NCBI GenBank assembly: GCA_965649765.1
Contig: OZ287750.1
Location: 32,984,001-33,048,000, forward strand
Length of the DNA stretch: 64,000 bases
Direction of reading: 5' to 3'
Source of the DNA: Bispira polyomma
Taxonomy: Eukaryota
Made by a program: the position numbers and the translations under genes. Numbering within the stretch: the first letter of the stretch is position 1; every line of letters begins with the position of its first letter. The notes below the pieces were generated by a model, which made no database searches, was not told the origin of the DNA, and saw only the letters and a program-made list of their open reading frames with translations. Positions 1-12,345 of the stretch are shown here, in pieces.

Positions 1-2835
1 TTTTATTAAGTTACAGTCATTACTAAATTAATTTTAACTAGTGTTCACCTATCACTAAACAGATTATTATAAATTTAATGTTTTAATATTTTATATATCT
101 CATATTAATCCTAAGAGAAAATTGACAGTTTTCACAATACATATTAGAATGTGGGTATTGGCTGCTTGTGCAGTATTAGTTTATCCTATACAGAGATAGG
201 ATTTGATCAGTCAATCAAACCGGCCGTGAGAACAATGCAAACTATAAAGATATTTGATCAACCGTAATGTAGTACATATCCTACACTCTGGTCTGGGTGA
301 GCAAAATAAACTTATACTTCAATGTAAGTCAATGTACTGACTTATTTAAGACCATATATTACCCAAACCACAGAAATATATCTTTCTACAAATGTAAAAG
401 AACAATACTCTTTAGCAGTATGAATTTTGGTTTTCAATTTTCAAGAGTGCTACACATACACTTGACTGTCTGTGAATAAATAAAATGAATTGTATACTTC
501 ATTGGTTAAAGCCCCAAAAAGATTATCCATAGCAATAGAGCACTCAGGTAGATATGAAGTAACAAGTCTTGTCCCTAGATACAATTCAATGATCCAGAGT
601 ATTTTAGTCACGTCAACTGGCCAAAACAAATACATTAGGGTTTATTACTCTGAAACACATGGCATTCTTCTCCATTTGGGTAATTCTGTGCTGAGTGCTG
701 AGGCTATCTAGAGGAACTGTAGAGAAACTTGTCAGTCTGGATGTATGTCTTACTACTGGGAACTGTCGAATAATTTAGAAGACCAAACCTAGACCAATTC
801 AGCATTAAATGATAAAGTACAACAAACTAAAATCACTAGAATCGTATGCTACTTTAATATATTTAAGAGAAACAGTATATGGCTGTATATAATATACTAC
901 AAAGTCTACATCCGATTGGTTCATTCTTTCAAAATGACAAAATGAAAAATCCATTTTTCTAAGTTAATAAACCACTAAAATAACCTTGACAATATTTTTA
1001 GCAAAAAGATTATTACTGTTCTCTATTTTTTGAATTGCAATTAACTGTCCACATGTTTCCCAATAAGCCCAGATTCGAATCCACGGCTCCTGAGTTTAGA
1101 GTCGCTGGTTGATGCTATGAGAACGCAGAGTTCATATCTAAGATATTAACCCCCATGACCACTGTGAACTCACTTAAAGCTGAACCTAGGTGACTTTCTA
1201 ACTAAACCAACCCTAGGCCCTGGAAGACCAGACAAAAACCTAGAAAACCTATTTCAATGTCAAACCTAACATAATAATTATTAAGTTAAAATCCAAGTGT
1301 TAAGATGATATGGTACCAACTGGCCACTTGTGGGATTTGTCCTGTCGGTGAGTCTTTTTCATTAATTTTTTCTGAAAAACAAAATCTATCAGGATAAACT
1401 CGCTTTTTCTGACTCAAGATATATCTACTAGTCTGGACACTTTTCCTTTTATCTGACCACTCTTTGTTAGATATTGATGATGATGTGCCCTACAGATGAT
1501 TCCTGGGCAGTGAGCACTATAAAAACTCAACATCCAATGCACTAGCCCAAAGATTTCAGTAAATTGTACCATTTACGTTTATGTATCGCTAAATCCTAGT
1601 ACTTCAATGGCCTCCTCAATACCTGGCCTTACTTAGCTATTACCTAGAAATGATAAAACTTCTACAAAAACTTAGCTGACACATTATAGACCTGGGATGT
1701 TTATATGAGAGTCAATCTGTCCCTGAGTCCAGTGTTCATGTGGTGCTGTGATCATTTACCTTTTAGCCACTAAATTCAGTAAGTGTTTTCACCCCCATAG
1801 TTTTAATAGACTAAAAGACCCAGCCTTAAGTAGTCCAGAAGTAATGTTAATCCGCGGAAAATATCACAACGTATATCAGATATGTCAGTTTAACAGGGAA
1901 ATAATAGAGTGTAGTCTTTTTCCAGTGTTGGGTAACATTTAAACATTTCTTTTTCAAATAAAACTTCAAATTCAATACTGAAGTAAAATTTTTGAGGGAG
2001 CCAGGTATGTGACAGTTCATTCCATTCTGCTCCACTTTGTTGGCATTATATTTTCCACAAACACTGTTGAACCCAAACTGCTGATAAACCACAGCCATAT
2101 AGTAACATCGCCCAAAAAACAAATCAATGTCTCAAGGACAAGATACATATCATACACAGGGTGAGTATGGTTAAGTAAAGGCCTGATAAAATAAAAGTGA
2201 CTTGGTCACATTATTTTATTTTTTTTTTTGGTGCCGCATAAATTATGACTTTGAACATTCACTTGTCTTAAATCCAATTTAAGTTTAATTTCATTGTCTT
2301 TTAAATATTTATAGGTCCTTACATGACATCTGGAACAGGATAATCAAAAACTGCGAGTGAACTGTGACAGCAGAGATTTGTTGTTGAAGGATGTAGTGGG
2401 ATCAAGAAAACAGTTGGGTTCAAGTTTACTAATTGTGGTCTTCAGGGTAGTCATCTTTTAGTTAAGTATTAAAAGCATTTAAATCTCAAATAAGTACAAC
2501 ATACAACAAAATCACACTAAGTCTTATTTAAGATCATAGGTGCAACTATAAAGCCTACCTAGATTAGTTATTTTAGCCTTTATTTATCTATATGTTAAAA
2601 ATAATTTTGTTTTAAACTTTTGGTATTATATTTTAATTAGTAAGGTGCTTCTTTTTTTAATACTCTCAACCAGAGCAGTAAATAACATTCCCGTACCAAG
2701 AGCAATGGTGTAATGATGAATATTTACGTGAACATATTTTAATAATATAATATGGAATTGCATTTGTTACTTTATAAATAATACCTTTTTCTAAAAATCA
2801 TACAAGAAAGTGATGGAATTGTTTTAACAAACTTA

Positions 2836-3344
2836 GGCCACCTAGATATGTTAACTTACTATTCCATAGAGCACTGGAAGTGCACCTGGATATGTTAACT
2901 AGCAATTTTACAGAACTAATGGAGTAGGGGACCTGAATATGATAACCTAGCATTCCATAGAACTGATGGATTTAGGCACCTAAAAATAATAAGTTGTCAT
3001 TCCATAGAACTGATGACTCAGAAAACTAGAATATGTTACCTTGCCATTTTACAGAACTGTTGGAATGGGGTGCCTGGATATGTTAACTTAACATTCCATG
3101 GTACTGATGGAGTAGGTTACCTGAATATATTAACTTAGCATTCCATACAACTGATGAAGTAGAGCACCTGAACATGATAATTTGCCATTCCATATAACTG
3201 GTGGGGTATGTTAACTTACTATTCCATATAGAACTGATGGAGTAGGACATCTGCATATGTTAACTTGCCATTCCACAGAACAGATGGAGTAGGGCACCTG
3301 AATATGTTACCTTAGCAGTCCGTATAACTGATGGAGTAGGGCAG
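2836..3344. repeat. Degenerate minisatellite, ~47-48 bp unit, ~11 copies
   Basis: Recurrent unit approx. gggcacctgaatatgttaacttagcattccatagaactgatggagta; acctg anchors at 3119 and 3166 are 47 bp apart. Confidence 0.85.
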
Positions 3345-4054
3345 TTAACAACTGAGTATTTAAGTAGCTCTTCCACTCTAACTAGCAAACAGCACAGTAT
3401 ACACTCAGTTTTCCCATTATGTGAGCTAATGAGAAATACAATCTGATTTGTCAGAGGAACAATGAGTTTATGATTAGATCCTTACAGGTAATTAGCTCAC
3501 ACTTTCTACGTTAATGGCACTTAATAGAGGCTGATTAGACACGCAGAGACAACCAAAATGGCCACCCCTTTTGTTTACACCGGAAGTGCTATATATTTGA
3601 AGATGTTACACAAGACATGTGACCCAGAAAATGAACCTCTCTCTGTGGCCATTTTTGTTGTTTTTGTGCAGTGTGTGGCACACATTGCATGCACTTAGTG
3701 CTCTCAGTCTCTCTCATATATAGATACACACACCCATAATTAATAACAAATACAGTTGGGAGTTCCTTTTAGAGCCATTACTTGGTTAAAAGATTGGAGT
3801 CTAACATAGCTGGTTATTGTCTGGGGAGAGTATACAGTGTACTTAAGGTTAGGAGTCACTGACCAGAATATTTAAAAAAAAATTCATTGTTAATTTTTAT
3901 ACATGTATACATTGAAAAAATATTGGTATTTCACCACAAATGTGAAACTTTTTTGCACATATGCTTTAAACTAACTAAGTAAAGTATTAATATATATCAA
4001 GAAACATCCTTATTATTATTTTATTTTTTTCGTCTTACATTATTAATATTAGTA

Positions 4055-4505
4055 TTATTATACCTCGGTGGCAAATCCAGCGATCCTTTTAGTTAAAATG
4101 CGATCACGTGACATACAATATTTCCCGATATGGCCTGGGAGTTGGGGGCCATATCCATGCAATGGGCCATACCACTTGTAAAGTTTAGCAATCACCATTG
4201 GCGGTGATTATTTGTGTTTTCATTAAAGATTTATAGTTTAACACACAAATAAAAAAAGTAAATACATTATATTGAATTTGCTGTTAAACGTTCTTGATAC
4301 ACTGGCGGCTTCCGTCGTGGTTAAATTGTTTTTTATGCTCGTCACGGGAGTTAGGGGCGCTACTAAACCTCGGAGCTCCACTAAAATAGACGTCAGGACT
4401 AAAATTCCTTATTAAAAGACTATATTTATTAAAAAAAAAAAAAAAATGAAAAAAGCCTCGGTATAATAAACAGAATATAAAGAAACAGCTTATATTCTGA
4501 TATTA
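4055..4505 (+). mobile_element. Non-autonomous Helentron-like element (HINE/DINE-1-type architecture)
   Basis: Sub-terminal inverted repeats TTATTATACC (4055-4064) / GGTATAATAA (4460-4469), followed by a perfect 10-bp-stem hairpin CAGAATATAA (4471-4480) / TTATATTCTG (4490-4499); no ORF. Confidence 0.6.
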
Positions 4506-4658
4506 TATATTGAAAAAGTTTCCAGGGACAACTGAAGGTTAAACTCAAATATGGAAAAGATCACTTGGTCTGATATTCACATATAATTCTTAAATTTGTT
4601 TGGCCATAATATTGTTTTGAAAATCTGTTTGTCTAACACAGAAAACTCTAAGAGAATA

Positions 4659-6511
4659 CACCAGTTTATAGTTCCGATATTCATTAGCCTCGCTTTGAAT
4701 TGCCGGGTAAACAACCTCGCCATTTCCGAAAAAGTCGCCGATAATAATATTACATCAAAGCTTAATATTCAGTTAATACTTCATATAAATACGTAAATTT
4801 TTCACAAAAGACAGAAAGGAATCAATACTTTGTAAAAATATTAACTTTAATGATAAAGGACGACATTTTTATTCAACTTTTGTGAAAATACTCTATTTTC
4901 GCCCATGGTAGTATAGGGCATATACGGAAATTAAAAAGATTAAAGATTTATTTCTCAGCAGCTATAGCTATTACAAATCTCATAATTATATGGTGTTAAA
5001 GAGGAATTATTGTAGTTTCTGACTCTCTTTATTTTAATAAAATACATGGAATATTAACGAAGATTTTGATTGTTGAAATACACTCCTACCATGGAAATGT
5101 TGAAAAATCGCCATTTTAATACATAAAATCTCTTCTCTCAGTAAATAAAAATCGTATACATATATTAGCGCTGAAGAGTATTTTTTTTAAAGTTTCTGAC
5201 TGTCTTTATTTAAATAAAATCCAAGCAATAATAATGAATATTTCGATTATTAAAGTTTGCTCTACCATGGATGTTTTGTATATAACTATCGCAAATACTA
5301 CAATATGTTGAAAAATCGTAATGAAAATTAAATTGAACAGATAAATTAGTAAAAATTATTAAATAAATAAGTAGTTAAATGGGGTACCTGCTAAAACTCG
5401 GAGCTTGGAGTTCCTTGTAGAGATGAAATCGCCTAAATTGTAGGTTATGTAGTTTCTGAGATAGAAGTATTAAATCTAAATTTCCTAAATGTCACAATAT
5501 TGTGAATTATATAACTAATATATATGATATGCATATATTTTAATTTGTTCAAATAAATACCAGAAAATAAATAAAACAAGCTTTCCATTTATATAAAAAA
5601 TAAATATCCATTTATATTGAAATAATAATTTTAACTTTTAAGTTAATTTTAAGTTTCAAAATTGGGCCATTTTCGTCCGTTTTGGTCAAAGAAGCCGTTT
5701 TCGTCGTTTGGGGAAACTGATACTTCAACAATAAAAAATATTCTATGTATTTTATTCATAGAAAGACTCAGAAACAAGATAAAATTATTTTTAACACTAT
5801 ACGCTTATGCAATTTTTGGAAAGTTTTAGTTATGAGATAAGTTTTTGTTTAAGTATTAAATATGCTGTAAAACGGCGATTTTTCACCATTTCCATGGTAG
5901 GTCCACATTTCAAAAATCGAAATATTCATTAATATTCCATGTATTTTATTGAAATAAAGACAGTCAGAAACTACAACACAGTACTGTCTACCACTATATA
6001 TGTATACGATTTTTGGATTTTATGTATTAAATTTGGTCCTAAATTGGCGGTTTTTCAACATTTCCATGGTAGGGCTACATTTCAACAGTCGTAATATTCG
6101 TAAATATTACATGTATTTTATTCAAACAAAGACAGTCAGAAACTACAAAAATTCCTAATTAACACCATATAATTATGAAATTTGGACCAACTATAGTACT
6201 GAGTATTAAATTTTTTATCTATTAAATTTTCATGTTTGTCCTATATTACCATGAGCGAAAATATAGTAAATTTGACAAAAGTTCAATGAAAATCTCGATC
6301 TTTAACAATAAAATAAATGTTTTTACAAAGAATCAATACTTTTACATCATATGTAAAAATATAAGGCCATTATTTGAAATAATAAGTGCAGAATAACATA
6401 TTTTATATATTTTCGTAACTCACGGAAGTTGCTTTGTTTACCCGGCCATTATCCGCGGTTGTCGTAAATGACCTTCACCCTTACCTTATATGGCGGAACT
6501 GTAAACTGGTG
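4659..6511. mobile_element. Foldback-type non-autonomous DNA transposon with long TIRs and TA target duplication
   Basis: Termini TA|CACCAGTTTATAGTTCCG ... CGGAACTGTAAACTGGTG|TA; diverged inverted arms ~4659-5275 and ~5870-6511, each with an ~180-bp subrepeat (agtttctgact.tctttatt...ctaccatgga). Confidence 0.8.
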
Positions 6512-8344
6512 TATGGCATTCAAGAAAATGTCTTCAGTATAGAGCCCCTGATCTAGTATTCACTTATTCTTTTTTTGTATCACTAAATTTGATTGGCTAA
6601 TCATACTGTATGAAGAAATATGATTAGCTGAAACCAAGAAAACAAATTCTAAGAAAGGCAAATTCTAAGCATGCCTTTGAAATATGGTTCTTTGATACTG
6701 GCTACCACACAGAAAACCTGACAGAGGGTCACTGGCATTAATCCTGGAGATTTGATGACAGGGTAATGACAAATTTCTATCCTGGGCTTGGGTCATCCCT
6801 GGTCAAGCGGACGGAACTTTGATCTGTAATTACTGATTAATGCCCCCCTATCTACAGCTGATTACTCTGTGTATGGAATAAGGGTATGTGTAACCCAAAA
6901 AAATGTTCACTGGAATTTGTAATAACATCAGGAAAAGAAACGAAGAAAGATAAATACTAGAGTAATAATGGCCGTGTGTGTTATTTATTGTGACACTGGT
7001 TTTTACATTTGACGTGATTGGGAAAAGCTTTTATGAACTTAATACTGCTTAACTGGCATTTTAAATATGCCAAAGCTGGTTTGAATAAAGCAATAACGAT
7101 GATATTTTTTTCAAATATTTTTTTTGTGTTTCTTGCTGTAAATAGTTTCTTGCTGTGAGTGATGAACTGTTGGTTTAACTTTTTTCTTTTGTAAAATCAC
7201 ATGAATCAAACTCTGTGTTCTAATTTTATTTTTGCGACTTTCAGCATATTCAACACAGTGCACCTTGCTTGGTAAATATAATGTAAAGCATCAAAATTTA
7301 CTGAAAAAAAGCAACAACTTAATTCTTTATCTTTGACCAAGTTTTTGTTTCAATTAATTTTACATGAATTTAAAAATAGAACACCTGTTGGTTATTGTGT
7401 GAGGGTAGTTTATTTAACTAATACTAACAATAAATTTTAAATTAGTGTAATTTTAAAAACCGATGGTCAAGATGATGGAAGTACAAAAACTTTTCACAAT
7501 TTTCATATTTTTTTACTTGTCCAAATATTACTTGCCATTTTTTGTTGGTTATTACCTGTATTTAATCACATTATTGAAAAATGGGTTAGTTTTCTATTAT
7601 ATGTTTAAATATAATAGACACATTTAATAATAATACACCAGGAATTACACAGCACATCCATTTTATATTGCCTATGAAGTTTTAAAAAGCTGTTGCATAA
7701 ATACACTAAAAACTTGTCTTTGGGGTTTGACTTTGTTGAAAAAAAAAAACATAGGCCCTACCATGCACTATATAGATATAGTCTTGGTAGGAAATACTAT
7801 ACAACTGTGTAGAATTCCTAACAGAAATATATAAAATCTCGCCCAAAACCATATATATATGTCGCTCGTGGAATGTCAAGAAAAAGTACTGTTATAAATT
7901 GTATTTATGTATATTATGTATATATTTTGTATATACATGTATCTATGTTGTAACAATATATATAATAAATGTAGTGCCTCATAAGCCATGGTGGTAACGG
8001 GCTGGTTGCTCTAGAGTGACATTTGCCCAAGTATATATTGTAAATATTGATATAGCAGGTGGGACTTAAACAAAATAAATTATCCCTGTCTCACTCTCTG
8101 TATAAGTGAAAGTACAAAAATAAAACAGTGTATTTACCTAAAAAATTTAGAGATGTGTCCTAAAATAGAAATTTTCACTCGGAAATCATATCAGCTATTT
8201 TAACTAATAGACACTGTAAAAATTAATTCCCAGTAAAAATTTAGATTTGCATGTAGCTTTTAATTAACAAGTAATCTAAAATAAAAGTTGTTTGCAGTTC
8301 AAATTTCCACTTCTGCAGTGTACTCTTATATAGTATATATCTGT

Positions 8345-8560
8345 TAGACGCCCTATCAACACCACACGGGCCGTTTCGAAATGGCACCCTGGATGCTGGT
8401 TCGACACCCAGATAATAATAAACTATTAACTACCTGAGTAATAATGAACATTTCTGTGGCAATATTATTTGTAGTCTTATATAATTGTTTTACAGTTACT
8501 GGTGGTAAAATGGCCCCGAGGTATCATTTTAAATCGGCCTTGTGTCGAGATGGCCCCTAG
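8345..8560. mobile_element. Degenerate small MITE-like inverted-repeat element
   Basis: ggccgtttcgaaatggcacc (~8369) is the approximate reverse complement of ggtatcattttaaatcggcc (~8520-8539). Confidence 0.4.
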
Positions 8561-8582
8561 CTACATATCTACTCGTGAGTGG

Positions 8583-8740
8583 AGAAAAGTGTCTAACATT
8601 TAGGCCCTTACAGGCTGTATGTTGACTGACATAGTTTAGAAAAGTGTCTAACATTTAGGCCCTTACAGTCTGTATGTTGACTGACATAGTTTAGAAAAGT
8701 GTCTAACATTTAGGCCCTTACAGGCTGTATGTTGACCAAC
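8583..8740. repeat. 55-bp tandem repeat, ~2.8 near-identical copies
   Basis: agaaaagtgtctaacatttaggcccttacagg... starts at 8583, 8638 and 8693. Confidence 0.95.
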
Positions 8741-8981
8741 AGATTAGGGCGAGTATACTGTAGAAATATCTAGCTGACAAAAAAAATTTCACTAATTTAC
8801 AGTTTTTAAGAAATTCAAGAGAATTAATTTTCCAATTATCAATTCAAAGATAAATAGAACAAATACTAATTCTTACTTGGAATGATTTTTTTTTCTACTA
8901 TCCCAGTACAAAATAGCTAACATGAAATCTAAGTGAACATTTCCACTTTAACAGTAGACACATTATACATGTGTTGCTTAC

Positions 8982-9482
8982 CTGTAGGTATTTCACAGAT
9001 TTACACATCTCCTTGCCCATGTACCATGTCTCTGTGACATCCTCCAGCACAGTTGGAGGCATGCAGATCAGGATGACCATGAAGTCCGCCCCGGCCAGGT
9101 TGACGATGAAGTAGTTGGTCACTGTGCGCATGTGGCGGTTGCGCAGGACAGCGAAGCAGACAAAGAAGTTGCCCACGAGGCCCATTAGAAAGACGTAGAA
9201 ATAGAGAACGATGAGAATCCACTCAAACCAGGTGGGGAAGACAAAGTCCTGGATCATGTCCAAGTAGAGCTCGTCACTGACACAATAGTCATTGCTGCAG
9301 TTACTAGGGGTGGTATCCATGACGTCACTGACCATGGCGTCCCCTTCGGGCAAAAACGGTCTGTCACTGTTGTTGACGTATTGTGGATAGTCCATGGGGA
9401 TGATACCCACTGATTTGTTGTTGTTAAACCCGCCAGGAGTGTCATATGGAGCCTCGTAAGGTATAGCATGCCCTTTATCCAT
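8982..9482 (-). CDS. First coding exon (N-terminus to TM3) of an orexin/allatotropin receptor-like class A neuropeptide GPCR
   Basis: Translation contains CSNDYCVSDELYLDMIQDFVFPTWFEW, TM1 GLVGN, RNRHMRTVTNYFIVNLAGADF, PPTVLEDVTETW and CKSVKYLQ, characteristic of orexin/allatotropin receptors; N-terminal N-glycosylation sequons (NKS, NNS, NCS); phase-0 donor CAG|GTAAGC at 8982/8981; GC-richer than flanks. Downstream exons not found in window. Confidence 0.92.
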
Positions 9483-10339
9483 GATTAGAGGTGGTTTTTA
9501 AGGAGGTTTTTTTTTCTTTAATCGAACTTCAATCTTTTAACAGAAATCCCGTCTTTATTTTTATTTACTCTTTTCTAGTAAACTGATCAATTTAGGATTT
9601 TGTTCTGTCCCAGCAAAAAACACACAAATGCTTTTGCGTGCCTGAAATGGTGGTTCACTAAAAGGAAATGTTTCCCCTACTTAAGCATTTAGGTATATTT
9701 CTTTGAGCACCAGTTTTTTAGGGGAGCACAATACCTCTTTGGATTTCACCGATTCTACGTCTCTGTTTTCTGTTGGATACAACCTATGGGAATTTAAAAA
9801 AGTGAGCTGAGTTTATACTTTATTCTGTTTATTAGAATTGTTATTATAATCTTGCACTGCCCTCTGATTTAAAACTATCCAATTTCATTAGGAATGTTCT
9901 CCTTTTAGTTCCCTTTATAATTTAAGTCCATTATAATTACAGTGATGGTATAATTGCTATGTTATATACATATATATATATATATTTGGTAACTTTTGTT
10001 TTCTACTATACCTTTTCGTGTAATTATCTCAGCCAGTTAATGATAAACCCTTGTAAACTAACATATATTCCAAGGTATCAGCTGACAAAGTTTTGGATCA
10101 TAATAATCACTTAAGTTTTATTTTAAAACTCACTCACTTTAACACTATTTTAATCCTTGTCACTTATTTTTAAGTATTTTGCAGATTTTAATCCATTGCT
10201 AGTCTAGAACAAATTATATCTGCTAAATGACACATCAACACCACATTGCTTCAAGCTCTTTTTTGCAATATACACTTTACATAGCTTGTCTATGTTTTAT
10301 ATATAATATATATAATTATTGCATCTAAATCAATCCAAT

Positions 10340-10376
<37 letters not shown>

Positions 10377-10901
10377 AAGTGACTTCTGATGTTTAGAAAA
10401 AAACTAAAAATATCTATGAAGAAAAAATCCAGATAAACGATTTAATGATATAATGCACATTGACTTGATAAACAGTCATAGCATTATAAGTATGTTATAT
10501 TGTTGATTATATTGTACATATAATCAAAGTAATCTACACTGCATCTTTATTAACCAGCATCCATCTGTTCTCTTTGCCGCCAATTTCTGCTACTGTCTAA
10601 ATCACCACGGATTTACCGCCTTTGTAAGGTGCACTCACACCCACACACACACGCACACAAATATACACCACTCCAAAAATATGGCATGGCCTAATTATAA
10701 AGGGGGGGGGGGGGGTTGCTGAAATCTGTACAAAGAGAGAGAGAGATTTTTTTTATTATAGTGCCACCTGCTTCACATAGATTACATATGTATAGCATAA
10801 CAGAAATACTGTACAGCCAGGACAACATAACTTGGGATTATGAGGCACTTTATAACATATACTATTTGATATTGTCATATAAATTCATATAAATACTACT
10901 T

Positions 10902-10906
<5 letters not shown>

Positions 10907-10986
<80 letters not shown>
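10907..10986. repeat. (TA)n microsatellite
   Basis: About 40 uninterrupted TA units; nearby poly-A (10342-10374) and poly-G tracts. Confidence 0.97.
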
Positions 10987-10990
<4 letters not shown>

Positions 10991-12129
10991 TACATGATAT
11001 TTATAAATTATACAAAAATATATACATATAATAAGATAATGGACAAAGTATTATTGTATTAATATATGGTATTAATTAATCATAAAATATCTTGAATGTG
11101 AAATATACTGTACAATACTTTCCTCCCCATCTAACTATAAATAACCATTTTTAAAATGAAGTAAGCCCATTTTACAAATAAAACAAATCCATTATCTCAT
11201 ACTGTTACAACATCACAATGATTGAGAGTTAAGCAGACTTGTCCTATTTAATATTCATTTATTACATTTGTATAGAATAAGTCAAACATCCACCTTACTG
11301 TCTGCTCTAGATTTGATCGTGTACAGTTTTTGATATAGAATTACAATCACATCAATGATAAATGTAGTAGGTATGAACGTTCAATAATTAACGTTTAGCC
11401 TGAATTATTTTGTCAAAATTGCAAAGTGAAAGGTTATAAGGTTATTGTGGCCTCACAGCAATTTAGAGCAATTGTTTTTATGAGAATTACACCTATAGAA
11501 AAAAAATAAATTATAAATGTAACTTTATCAGTAAAACAAGCAATAAGTGGAACATTGAACTTTAAACCTGTCATTACATCCAATAAATTAACATTAAACC
11601 ATCATCATGTGAAATTATTATTATACAATTGAAACAGTTAAGATCTCTAGTTTTCCGTTTTAATCCAACCTCACTATAATTAGTCTTTTTAAAATTAAAG
11701 AAAGCTAATTTTACAAAAAATAATAATAATATACCAGATTTTTATAGCGCCCTATCCATTCATAGAAATGTTCTATAGTGCTTGACAATAAGACATTGAG
11801 TAAGTATAATTATATAATACAGTACAGTAAATATATATTTTAAAAACTGTTTGATAAAATAAGTACTTAATTAAAATAAAATGACCCTACTTACAGCTAG
11901 GGGTTTCACCAAAAATGCTAAAATTTGTTATTTTAAAGATATTTTAACATTTTTCATAAGCCGTTTTAAACAGATTTGTTTGAAGTTGAGACTTTGGAGA
12001 CCTTTCACTCTCTGCAGACAATGAATATTCCATGATCTTATACTGTTGCAACATTCTCAGATTGAGGGATTGTTTGGAAATTTGGTGTAACCAGCAGTTA
12101 CCCCTGTTACTTACATTTATCTTTTAAAT

Positions 12130-12345
12130 TTATTATTATTATGCATTTTAAACACACTTTATTGATGCTAGGCATCTTCTAAAGCACAACAGCAGAATCA
12201 GTTATCCAATCGTAAAGTTCAAGGGCATAGCAAGGTCATAAGAAAGATGCGGGGCGTACATGAGGGAAACTAGGATGGGTAGGCAAGGTTAAAAAGATAG
12301 GTTTTGAGCTTTTTCCTAAAACCAACGAGTGTATCTACTGATCTG
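12130..12345 (-). mobile_element. 3' end of an old L2-type LINE copy (left half, split by younger insertion)
   Basis: Aligns by eye with 45035-45249 (ttattgatgctaggcatcttctaaagc...gataggttt..agctttttcctaaaacc). Confidence 0.85.

Noticed and set aside
297-2122. Short ORFs at the window start as further GPCR exons
   Set aside because: None shows the expected TM3/DRY-region continuation (e.g. SVSVLTL...ERW) or other receptor motifs.
2836-3344. CRISPR-like periodic repeat
   Set aside because: Head-to-tail degenerate units without unique spacers, eukaryotic context, no cas genes.
8898-8981. C-terminal 27 codons of the 194-aa GPCR ORF
   Set aside because: Read-through into the intron past a canonical GTAAGC donor; no GPCR similarity.
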